Part shown: positions 25,610 to 37,144 of the stretch, in pieces
Numbering within the stretch: position 1 is the first letter of the stretch
Layout of the letters: each line of letters begins with the position of its first letter
Source: Laetmonice hystrix
Taxonomy: Eukaryota
Length of the DNA: 64,000 nucleotides
Assembly (NCBI GenBank): GCA_965235115.1
Contig: OZ249436.1
Location: forward strand, 52,206,001-52,270,000
Direction: 5' to 3'
Notes under the pieces: model-generated
Seen by the model: only the letters and a program-made list of their open reading frames with translations
Databases searched by the model: none
What the model was told of the DNA's origin: nothing
Made by a program: the position numbers and the translations under genes

Positions 25610-25954
25610 AGTGCACAGTGTATGTGAACCAGGGGTCTACGTCATCAATTTTTGAGTAGTGTAGGCCTTGTCGTCTGAAGTATCAATGAAAAGATTTTTT
25701 CTTTTGGCCTAGACTTATGCTAAATTTTGATTGAAGAAGATCTATATAGGGAGGTGCTACTTGCATTCTGAAAATATTAATGGAGTATAAAACATAATTA
25801 CATGGCATAAAATAGCATGATTAGGATTCATGGAAATTCTTATGTTTCTAAGCGACTCCAAATTTTCTGATTTGACCTAGATTTCCGCAAAGGGAACACC
25901 GGAATCAGATTCTCCTCCGTCTACATTTACAGACTACAATAACATGTTAAAATC
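25610..25954. promoter_or_regulatory. Putative bidirectional promoter / 5' UTR region between USP39 and C2orf68
   Basis: Only 345 bp separate the two divergent start codons; CRE-like TACGTCA at ~25638. Confidence 0.6.
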
Positions 25955-28507
25955 ATGTCAGCCTCAAGGCTTGACATGGGGCATGGATTCATAAGATTTA
26001 TTACGAGAAATCAGATAGATAGGTAGGTTGTCATTCATTTAATTCCTGGTTTGTTTGACACCGTTGACAGACTTTTGTTTTGACAGCTTTTGTTTTTGAC
26101 AGTAGACTCTAAACATTCTAAATTAGTAAATAGCCTAGGTGCCTAGTAGTGTCCATGGGCATGGGTAGTACCCTACCGACTACTAGGTATTGACTGTATA
26201 AACAGACTACAGAGTGAGGGTAGCCTTTAGCTAAGGCTAAGCTAAGCCTAAAGCGGTAGTCTATGAGTATGAATCAGTATGATTTCATTATAATATAATT
26301 TTCATCACAATTTAATATACTTCTTGTTTAAACAATAAAGGTATAGATGTTTAAATATGTTTAACTTTTAGGGCTTTTTTAGTTTAGGCCAAAAAAAAAA
26401 TAGATTCGTTTCTTGTCCCCGCGCGCGTCACCTAAAAACCCCTGCGTCAAGTCTTTTTTTTTCAAATCCAACTGCTTCATATGGTGGGCAGTGTAGCGCT
26501 GTGACAGAACGTTGCAACGGTTCTTTGGCGTTGGCGTTTTTCTGTTAGTCTTGTTGATTTTATGCGAGTTTTACACATTCTAAAACATTGAACATCATTG
26601 CATTAGTCTTTTCTTCAAGATTTATGTACCCAACAGCAATTGCATTCGAAGAATCGGCCGTTGTCTAGTTTCATCAAAAAAAAAAAAAAGAAAGATGAAA
26701 AAAAAAAAAAAAACGCGTCACCGCACCAATTTTTTTATATGAAAGGACAAGAAACGAAACTTTTTTTTTTTTTGGCCTTAGCTAAGACTTTTTTTTATGA
26801 TGGGGTGCCATTTTCCCCACAAGGCCCCATACTGCCATAGTAAAGATGGTATCGGTATTTTCAGGCATGTTGCCAATTTCAAAGTGTGATCGTTCTAAAA
26901 CTAGGTCGACGACCTGTGTTTTTTTATTTTATTTTATTACCCCAGTGAGGCTTCTTAAAAAGAATACCAGTATATGGTTCTTATTTCAGGGATAATTATG
27001 ACAAGCGAGAAAAAGCTCGTGTAGCACAGTCAAAGCAGGTGAAGCAGGTGAAGCAGGTAAAGCATTCAACAACTGCACATAGTTCAACTGGCAGCAGCAA
27101 GGCTAAGAAACCAGATATACAGACATATGTACCACCAACAAAACAACACTACCACCAGAATGCCACCAGTGAGGTATCTACCAATCAAGGTGAGTCACCA
27201 ATCAACCCCATATAGTGACAATGTTGACATTTTCATTTTAGCTTCATCTGTGAATGCATTTCCATGAACTGGTGAATTGGACAGACAGAAGGCAATAACC
27301 ATTTTTTGATAGTTTTGACACCTTTTTTTGTTGAACTTCAAGGCCTAGCTCTTATTTTAAATCCCAGTCTGTGATTTTAGTCCCAATTTTGATCTTGGGT
27401 ACAATTTGACAAACATTTTTTGGTTTCAGATGAAACACAGATGAAAGCAGATTTGATGTTTCGACTGGAGTATGAAGATCAGGAAGGTGATATCCATGAT
27501 CTTTTCGTACATATGGTAAGGATGAGTCGCCCAAATACATGCTCCCTTTTCCCCAAAAACTGAATTTTCTAGAGAAAGTGAAAGAAACGTGAATTACATG
27601 AAGACCTTTTATTAGCTGAGGTCTAGTCAGTGAACTTGGTTGTTAGAAGTGTTTGTGTCAGTCTGCCACATTTCCTTCTCTAAAAAAACCAATTGATGTG
27701 AAAATATGTTGATGTCTTGATGATGATATGTTTCAATCTAAAGTGAATGGTAAGTGCAGACGTGTACATGTATGATGTATCCTTTTGCAATGTCTTGGTA
27801 TAATGCTTGAAATTGAATGACTGTAGTTTTAACACTTTTTTTTATAAAATACACCTTTAAATATGGGGCGGAATCTTTCACAGCCATCTTTATATCTCTT
27901 GGGATGTTCAAACAGAACACCTTATAATTTTCTATGATACTGGGGCATCCATATTCCATACATCCTTCCAGTATCTCTAAAATACCCGATCAATGTAGCT
28001 TTTTTTTAAAAGTAGCAGTGCCTACTTACTGACAAAAAATGCATGCATGCCCTTAAAAGCATCCACTCCCATGGTAAGAATCAGGGGATCGAAATATGAA
28101 CTTTCTCTACGAAGGTACGACAACAGAAGAACTATTTGTTCCTGAACAGATATCTTTCTGACTGCCAGTATGGTAAGGTACAAATGGAAGGTAGTTAAAT
28201 GTCCAGTCCCTCTGTTCAGTGCTACCTGCCCTTTCATTGTGATACATGTACTTATTGTTAAAATGATACAAATTTTGTTGTTTTTTTATCAGAAAGACAG
28301 TTTTTATACTGTGCACTAGTAAATGAAGGAATGTTTCTAAGAATGTTTCCCTACTTGTTAAAAGGAGATCATATTTTCTTTTTTCAGAACGATGACCCAA
28401 ATCTGCTCGCCAAGAGATTTGGCCGTGACCTGGGCTTCAACCAATCAATGCAGCGAGCATTCACAGATTTTCTTAGAGAACAAATAAGAAAGCACTCTAA
28501 GAGTTGA
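25955..28507 (+). CDS. C2orf68: UPF0561 protein C2orf68 homolog
   Basis: Four exons (25955-26022, 26990-27189, 27430-27515, 28388-28507 TGA) splice to MSASRLDMGHGFIRFITRNQIDRDNYDKREK..KKPDIQTYVPP..LMFRLEYEDQEGDIHDLFVHMNDDPNLLAKRF..MQRAFTDFLREQIRKHSKS. This matches the recalled family motifs RLDMxHGF..RNQIxRDxYDK, KPDxQxYxP and LFxLEYE. Confidence 0.9.
26387..26777. mobile_element. Harbinger-type MITE in C2orf68 intron 1
   Basis: TIRs GGCCA(n)..TTCGTTTCTTGTCC and GGACAAGAAACGAA..T(n)GGCC; TTA on both sides (26384-86, 26778-80). Confidence 0.8.
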
Positions 28508-30086
28508 GAGTCATGTTGCTAAGCTAGAACCACCCAAAATTGAAAATTTCCACATGTTACATGCCGATAATGGACCAACCTTTTGCTGTTGGAGCAGAAT
28601 CGAAGCTGGCTCAGAATGTTAACCACCATTTGTTGTGGATTCCTTGCATTCCACAAATGTACATTTGTCGCCGTCATGCCACATATCAGGGGATGCAATC
28701 TCAGATTCCAAAGATTCTCATGTGGACATTCAAACTTGGCAAATTCTTCACTTTATAAGATGTTGTTATGAGGCAGTTGCTGTATTGTACGTTAACTTTC
28801 AGTTATATTTTATTGCTATTCTGTGTAAGAAAGCAAAGAACTTTCAAAACCCCCAAACAAATTTCATTATTCGCTTAATTTTAATTTAGTATTTATTGAA
28901 TGTATGAAGTACATGTGTATTTATGGTATGACCTATAAAGTATGTGTGAAGTGTGATTGGTACTGCCTGATAGCCTTGTCTCCATTGCTAGTGAGACCTA
29001 TATATTGAGCATGTTTTATAAATCAAATTTGGTATTGCTGATAGAAGATGATCTTGATCAGAAATAATTTGTGTTTACCAGTTAGTTATACAACCTATAG
29101 GCTGGCCTATTCCTATTCATGTCCTATTACATGCTATCTTTAAAATTATTATAGTAGCTCGAATGGAAAGCCCAAAACAGTCAATACGAGTAAGGTTGTG
29201 AAAATGCCACCTTTTTTTTGGCAGGAACTCTGGCCATTTTTTTCTCATGCGCCGACAATTCATTTTTACTGTAATTCCATGCTCTGATATCTAATATACT
29301 TTGTTGATTGACGGATCTTTGTATGCATTAAATAAGAAAGTCAAGAACGAAATGTACCAAAGTGATGTAGCATGGCCATCTTTTCTGTGTATTGTTCCTT
29401 AATGTAGAAAAGTCTACAGGGCCTATACCGTTATTTATCAAAAATAGGTAAATTTATCTTGCATAATGCGAAAAAGGATCTTATAGCAGTGTAGCTCATA
29501 CCTGCTGGACAAGTGTTTTATTATTGTCAAACGGAGGAATCACAGAGACTCTTCAATAAAGTCATGTTTAGGGGTTGTATTCTGCCGAGTAAAGCTATTG
29601 TGAAATTCGTAACAAATGTTTGATTCATATTCCCATCGATATTACGCCCCGAAAACCAGGACATCCTTAGTGTTTCAGTCTGCCACCAGAGCGCTCTTTC
29701 AGCTTGATTTAGTCTGAGGCTCTTTAACTACCGCTAGAGTGCTCTGTTCTAAGCTATAAGGCACTGGTCCTACCGGTCAGCCGATTTTGGCGTTTTACGG
29801 GTATGGTTGGTTGTAGTAATAAGAAATAGGAAAAGTATGACAACGTTTAAACGTTTTTGAATATGATAATAACATTTAGTTACCTTATTTATGTCTACAT
29901 TTAATAAACCAGTCAGATATTTGTTTAAAAATAGCCTATATGAGGTTTTATATAGGCCTACCTTTGAATATGCATCCTCCTGCATTTTTGTTCACGACGG
30001 TCAACCATAACAAAATCTGTCGGCCAGCCAGACGGACCCATGGACTAGGGCCGATAGCTGAATTATTTATCCGTACTTTATATTAG

Positions 30087-30790
30087 AAACAAGACCCCGT
30101 CAGAGTCACAGCCCCCAGCTGGGCAGGGACTAATTATCTGTGGGTCTAGGAACTGTGTTCTTTGTATTTTTTAACTTTGAGACACAGTCCATGTGAGAAC
30201 ATCCGTGATACATGAGTCACAAAGAAACTTCAAATATGCCTTCATCCATCATCCATCTTGAAGTGTCGAAAATGTCCCTCACCTTGTTTGACCTCATAAG
30301 ATCACGCAATGTAAAGGGAAATGGTCACAAAGGAAAGTTAATATGACTTCTAACCTTAGTTTATAGAAAGTATATGGTCACCTTGTTCACGTGTATTTAA
30401 TCTGAACACAAAATAAATTGGCACGTTGGTTGCCCCTCATATACCTTCTCTTGTCACCAAGTTTGAAAGAAATCCAGAGGTGTGCTAATGTCCATGATGG
30501 CCACCAAGCGGCCATTTGGAATGATATCAAAAATATGTTTGCCCTGTGTTATCCTTAGTGACGTTGTCCCTGATCATTGTGTAATACCTAATGCAAGATT
30601 ATTTCGTTATCTTCAACTGTTTTGGGGGTACAGGCCATTGCAAATATGCCTGAACTTAATTGACCTTTCAAGATCACAGAAAGTCATGGAAAATGGCACT
30701 GTCAGATGTCCTTTTTTTGGTAGCATACTCAGATATTATCTGATCGCATCTTCTGTTTGATATTTGGGGCTGGTATTTCAGATAGGCTGC
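30087..30790. repeat. Degenerate interspersed repeat, probably Helitron-derived; boundaries approximate
   Basis: Begins AAACAAGA; contains CCAAGTTTGAAAGAAATCC and TTGACCTTTCAAGATCA, motifs I recall from invertebrate non-autonomous rolling-circle repeats. Confidence 0.35.
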
Positions 30791-32166
30791 GGCTCTAAGG
30801 CTACAACCCAAGACTTTTACAACCTATACAGTTGGGACAGATAGTTTATGCATGACCTATAACCCTAATTTTACAAAGTTCGACTCGATTCGGTCCAGTT
30901 AGTATGTAAACCGACCTGCTAACTGACCACAAACACGCCGCCGGGCCTGGTTCTAACATGGGAATGTTTCCGTAAAATCATGTGTAGCCCCAATCTATCT
31001 AAAGGCGTGTGTAGGAAGAGGGACCATTGTTCTGCGTCGCCACCAAAGCCTTCAGTTTATAGGGACGCAGGGGTGGCGTCTAGTTGGTTTTAGCATGATA
31101 CTTCATGCTATAGGCAAATGGGAGCAGTTATACATTATTCTGTTTCTGCTGATCACATCAAAAATACTTACCATAGCCCAGAGAAAAAGGCAACTAGTGT
31201 TAGATATTCTTGTTCTCTTTCCAATCATGCTAAAAATAAGCCTATCCGGTAAGTTATTACCGAACAGCGATTGATTTAAGACCAGGTGTCTGAGGCGCAC
31301 AAGTTTACGTTCGTCTTGCACGCACGAACCCGGGGGTTTTCCCCGAAACTATCCTGTATACATTAGTCCGAGACTTCTGCAAGACCATATTTGACATACT
31401 CGCTCACCTCCAACCCCGAGTCGGCGGCCTTCGTTACATACACTTTGTGTTAGGGATCGATACAGACGAACGCCATTGCATAATTCATACAAAGTTGTTA
31501 ACAAGTAAATTGTGCGTGACAAATGTGGCCGTGAAGCTGTAGGCCTATAGGCCTACCTGCACCAGACCGGATCGTAGAGAACTTCGGTCACTTGATTATG
31601 AATGTCACCATCCATGCATGATTGAAATTTCCAACGCGCCAAAATAATTCAATATTATAGGCCTAATTACTTCCTCTCTTCAAACGGTCCCAGATCGTGA
31701 TAACTTTTGCCGACAAATAGCGTTAAAGGCCTCATTCGTGGAGCACGGGTTGGCCCTTTCTCCTATCTGACACTTTAAAGCTAACCTAAATACAAATTCG
31801 TACCAGTGACATTGTTGATAAAAGTCGCATTATTAAAGCATAACCGCCCTCGGTTATATCTCATGCCATGCGTAGGCTATAAATTCGTACCGTCAATGGC
31901 GTCATGTAAATGATCAACAATGTGCCCCAATGACATGACATTAGAGTTTTGCACAGCTTGTAATCACCGCCTGTGTCAGTCAGCTTGTTCATAAAACGTC
32001 AAATATGTGCCTGTATGTACAAACAAAAATTGCTGGTCTGGCCAAGCCCATGTTAGCTCATGTTATCCCACAAAGGTTGAGTGTTCAGCTCTAACATGAA
32101 CAAGTCGACCGTTGGCTGGCGTTCCTCGTCAACCGCCCGGACAATGAGAGTATTGAGAGCGTTCCC

Positions 32167-32426
32167 GTTGCCGTGGTGACGGTTGACTCACAGCTGACTC
32201 ACACCAACTCCATCTGCAGACTGTTTTACATACATTCCTACTTACACACGCCCAGGCTCGGCGCAGATTGGCTGGGCCGTCGACTGGAGTGGAGATAGGG
32301 CCAGTTACTAGTGAGATTTCCAGGATGTCTCCTGTAGATGTTGTGTCGAGCACCCTGTGCCTTGCCTGGAGCTGACCTCATTTGTTGAACAGTCCTGGCA
32401 GCAAGCAGACTTTTGGTGTCGCCCAG
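32167..32426 (+). promoter_or_regulatory. Candidate RFX X-box promoter and non-coding first exon of the calcyphosine-like gene
   Basis: GTTGCCGTGGTGAC (32167-32180) fits the X-box pattern; two TGACTCA sites and an ATTGG box follow, then a donor CAG|GTAGGT at 32426/7. Confidence 0.4.
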
Positions 32427-32999
32427 GTAGGTAGAAAGTGGTTTGGAGGGGTTGCTGTGATGATATGAACTAGGCCTTACTGGGCATAGGAGATCTCTAG
32501 AAACGATAGGCCTATTATGTTCACTACATATTTTCAGGTGTTATTCTGACTTTCAAGTATAGACTGATTCCAGCAACATCGACCGCGCCGTGGTTCAAAG
32601 ATAATAGTGTTATTTTTATATGAAGAGTTCAGCTGTGTTGGAATCGATCATTTTAAAGGACCCATCCTAGAAATACGTCGATATTAGTTGATTATTTATA
32701 GTATTACATTGTCGTATGTGTATCCAGTATGAACAGTAGATTGCAACCATCGTGGCTTCAAGCCATACTGCATGTGGTAGACTATGTTGTATTTGTTGGT
32801 GTTGCTGTTGTAAGGGAGGCGAGTTACAAGTGCGCGAAAAAAACTCCTTTAACGTTTAGGTATTGCGTTGCCCTTTTACAGATTTATTTACTTAGTGCCT
32901 TCTGCTCATTTACAGATCTTACCTAATAACGGGATATATTCTCTGCAGTCTTTATCTTGTATGCAGACAAACTGTAGCATTAATAGCTCCTCAACGATT

Positions 33000-33372
33000 A
33001 CCACTATATCGCCACTCCCCACTGTCGTACCGATATCGTACCACTATCGTCACTCCCCACTGTCGTACCGATATCGTACCACTATCGCCACTCCCCACTG
33101 TCGTACCGATATCGTACCACTATCGCCACTCCCCACTATCGTACCGATATCGTACCACTATCGTCACTCCCACTGTCGTACCGATATCGTACCACTATCG
33201 CCACTCCCCACTGTCGTACCGATATCGTACCACTATCGTCACTCCCACTGTCGTACCGATATCGTACCACTATCGCCACTCCCCACTATCGTACCGATAT
33301 CGTACCACTATGGCTACTCACCACTATCATACCGATATCGTACAACTATCGCCACCCACCACTATCGTACCG
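33000..33372. repeat. Minisatellite, ~9-10 copies of a 37-38-bp unit
   Basis: Unit ACCACTATCG(C/T)CACTCCCCACT(G/A)TCGTACCGATATCGT. Confidence 0.93.
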
Positions 33373-34220
33373 GACTTATGGACATTTCTTGATGAGACAT
33401 TTCTGAAAACCTCACTTGTTTTAAACTTTAATTCGGCACTAACTTCCAGCTTTAACCTTCGTTTCGGGCAACTATCAGAACGTATTCATATTGGTACGAT
33501 TGAAATACTACTTGTATTTCTGAACTGGTTGATTGAGATACTTTAGCCTACGATATGGGCAGCATTGAGCTAGATTGGGGATAGGGAAGCCTCCCATCAT
33601 GCACCGCTACTATTAGTCGTTAATGTGTTCAGCTCATTTAGCGACCCCGATTCGATTTTTACTGTCCCGTTGACTTTCAAAAGGAGGGGCAGATAAAGGT
33701 CTTTAATTAATTGAACGGAGAGTCACGGAACACTAATCAGGGCAAGGGGCGCAGGATGACGTGAGTGGGACTGTCACATTGTGTGGTGGTTAGTGGGTGC
33801 AACTTGTTTGTACCTTGTACGACTTCCCTACTGGAGACTTCTCGTATAGATAGCTGTTTCATGCAGATTGCTCACTGAGTGGTGACTGTTTAATTTTCAG
33901 AAGACGCAGGCGCCTCGATGTGTAAGCCACTGAAGTGGCCTATCCCAGTGTGCTCCTGGGGGTGCTGACTGCCGGTAGATCTATACCCTGGTACGTGTCG
34001 GGGAAGAGTTTATAGGCTGGACTCGGAGAGAGACACCCACCGGCCCTGGAGACCAAATAAGCCGCCGCCAGTGAAGTGTATACGCAAGTGGAAGCGTTGT
34101 CGGATGACTCGAACTATCCATTGACATTACCCGGGAGACGTGAAGACCCGCAGTAAACAGATCATCATCGGTCTGTACCCTGCCAGGAGATACCCAGACT
34201 GTTTACACACACAGTTTACG

Positions 34221-35324
34221 ATGCACAGGAGAAACTTCAGGCCGGTAGAAACCAAATGTGATGCGCTCATTGCAGGGATCCGCGAGTACTGTATGCAGAA
34301 GAGCGCTGCGAAGGGCATTCTTGGGTTAGCCACTGAATTCCGGAAAATGGACAAAGACTTTTCCAAGGCAATATGTTTCGATGAATTTCGGGACGGTCTC
34401 GAAGCTTTTGGAATCGATCTTCCCCGTCCAGACCTCAGATTGTTATTCGACAACATCGACAAAAACAAGAATGGCACAATTGACTTTAAGGAGTTTTTGG
34501 ACAGGTTGAAGCCACCGATAGCTTCTTGTAGAAGGGAGGTGGTGGAGGAGGCGTTCGAAAAACTAGATGCCAATAACGATGGAATTTTGAAGATCGATGA
34601 TCTAAAATGTAGGTACATTGTCCACATCTCACTCTTCCCAGTCTAGAATTATCAAATACGACATATACTGCTGACCTTTCAAAGAGATCATGTATAGCTA
34701 CCGTAATTGTCATGTGAGTGTAAGATACGTATACGTGTAAAATCGATAGAATAGTATCGAAGCGCCAATTAGAATAGAAGAGCGCATTTGGTTGGGGGGG
34801 TTCACGTCCAGGCAGTCAGTTTAACGCGTTGAGGGAAAAAAACCTTGTAGCACTGAGAAAATGGTGTTTTTCGTTTCAATTTAGCCAATAGTTAAATGAC
34901 CCCATGTCCAAGGGTCAACGCTCGGTAAAAACTTAAACCGTGCTGAACAAATAATAATCTTTGCTTATTGTTTTTAGATTACTTTTACATCCTGCAACTA
35001 AGAAACCGCTTTTTGTTGGGGAAAAAAGAATTGGCTTACAGGGATGTACCGTAATCCTTGCGCCCCCTTTCCTGTTTAGTGACATACGGGAAGCAAGCCC
35101 GGCTCCACCCAGAATACCAGTCGGGACAGAAGTCACTCGACCAGGTCTTACAAACGTTTCTTGATGCCTTTGATGATCCGGACTCACCCGATGGCGTTGT
35201 CACCAAGGAGGAATTCCTCAACTACTATGCCGGTGTCAGCATCAAAGTCGATGATGACAGTTACTTTGACCTTTTGATGCGAACCTGCTGGGACCTTCCC
35301 CAGCGGGGCATGAATGCTAAGTAA
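34221..35324 (+). CDS. CAPSL: Calcyphosine-like EF-hand calcium-binding protein
   Basis: Exons 34221-34608 and 35080-35324 joined in phase 1. GILGLATEFRKMDKDFSKAICFDEF, DKNKNGTIDFKEFL, RREVVEEAFEKLDANNDG, HPEYQSG, DGVVTKEEFLNYYAGVS..DDDSYFDLLMRTCW are calcyphosine-family signatures. Exact orthology to CAPSL versus CAPS is not resolved. Confidence 0.85.
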
Positions 35325-35610
35325 TCAAACTATTGTAAAGGCCCACATTAATATTATGTGTTGTAAAGGAAAACATTTTGTAAATTAGTGCGATTGCAGG
35401 GTTTGAAATGCATGAAAGGGCAGAAGACCCCCTCCTATAACAATATCCACATTAGATTCCACCTATTTAAAATGGAATATCTTTTAATAGTTTATAATTG
35501 TGTACTGTATACCTTTTAATGACTAACTATTGTCTCCAGTTCTCATGCAAAATTGATTATTAGAAACCTTTCTAAAGTACAGAGAAACTCTATGTAAGAG
35601 TACCGTGAAG

Positions 35611-35790
35611 TCTTACTGTACTGAAAAGGAAGTTTATGGTTTGCTAGTATACATCTTGATATCCACCTTCACCCCAGTAATAGGCAAGTATTGTCGGATC
35701 TCCTACTGTACTGAAAAGGAAGTTTATGGTTTGCTAGTATACACCTTGTTACCCACCCTAACCCCCAGTGATAGGCAGGTATTGTCGGAT
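35611..35790. repeat. Tandem duplication of a ~90-bp unit
   Basis: TACTGTACTGAAAAGGAAGTTTATGGTTTGCTAGTATACA..GTATTGTCGGAT occurs in units starting at ~35611 and ~35701. Confidence 0.85.
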
Positions 35791-36488
35791 TTCCTTGGAG
35801 AAATCAAAAACATCGACCCAGTTCTGTATCTGAAGGATGAACCATCCCGCTATAAAAATAAAAATAAATGAAATGAAATATTCATGGCAAGTAACGGTAA
35901 GAACATGATTCCGCTTTAGAGATTATACTTTAGCATTTCACAAAAAAAAAGACAGTAAATACCGTGATCCCACATGCATAAACCGCATGTGTTTATCATC
36001 AAACCCTCCCCCAGGAAATCTAGAGCGGCCAATACAGTAGAATTAAGCCAGAATCAGGTATCGAGGTGACTTGTCCCACAGCAGCAGCCTCAGAAATCGC
36101 TATAACTTGGTGATTGTTTGGCTTATCGATAGGGGCCATTTTTTAAATGGAAGCTTGCGTAATAAGGCCTGTCTTTTTCAGCTCACGTGAACCTCACGTA
36201 ATAGCTCATCGGATTACTTTTCGCGTAAACTTATAAAACGGTAGGGGCGCACAGGTGCCGCAGGCGTGTGTTCGTCGCGTAGCCCTCGTTTAACATAATA
36301 AAGAATATGTATCAATACGGTATACCAACAGAAACATGGGACGAAGGGAATTAAAATTACACCCATACACAACCCACAAATCTTTAGTTGTTAAGGGCCG
36401 CCTGGTCAGCACAGAGCTACCAGAAGAAAAATTTTAGGGGGCAGTTTTGTCATTCTAATGTGTTTATAATTCCCTTGACCAAGTATAG

Positions 36489-36702
36489 GGACGTTTGTCC
36501 ACTGTACATCCAGACGTTTTGTCCACTCTGCATATATGCGGACGTTTTGCCCACTGCACATACGGGCGTTTTGTTCACTGCACATATACGGACGTTTTGC
36601 CCACTGCACATACGGGCGTTTTGTTCACTGCACATATACGGACGTTTTGCCCACTGCACATACGGACGGGTTGTCCACTGCACATACGGACATTTTGTCC
36701 AC
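36489..36702. repeat. Minisatellite of 24-26-bp units upstream of nodal
   Basis: Repeated GGACGTTTTGCCCACTGCACATAC and GGGCGTTTTGTTCACTGCACATATAC. Confidence 0.88.
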
Positions 36703-37144
36703 TCTGTCATTAAACGTATACGCCGTACTTTTTCTATAACACGCACACTTGTTCTTTGATGTGGCAGTGCCCCAACCCCCAGCCAGAAAATCGATGTGTC
36801 CGGTGACAAATGCGAGCTGATCACGGACATCATGTTCGGGGTAGAAGGGTTCGCGCATTATTGCCGTCACGCTTTGACAATCACGCTACATGGGAGAAAG
36901 TTGGTAAAATGACGGCATTTCACGCGTTCGTGACGGGTCAGAGCCAGTACACAATGCTGACCGACTCGGACCTTCTTTTGTCTTATTATCTGGGTGCACC
37001 AACCCTGGGACTGTGATCCACGTGTACCACATGTGGAGAGGTAGCGTATAACACGTCGCACTGAGATCTGGGGCCGTGTATCCGCAAGCTGGACCAGAGT
37101 TGTCTTTAATACCAAGACAGTTTGGATGTGGTTAACACGGCTTT

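Noticed and set aside
32868..33392. 174-aa ORF, and similar ORFs at 36388-36833, 45567-46091 and 54007-54264
   Set aside because: These are translations of minisatellites or MITE subrepeats with no protein-family signal.
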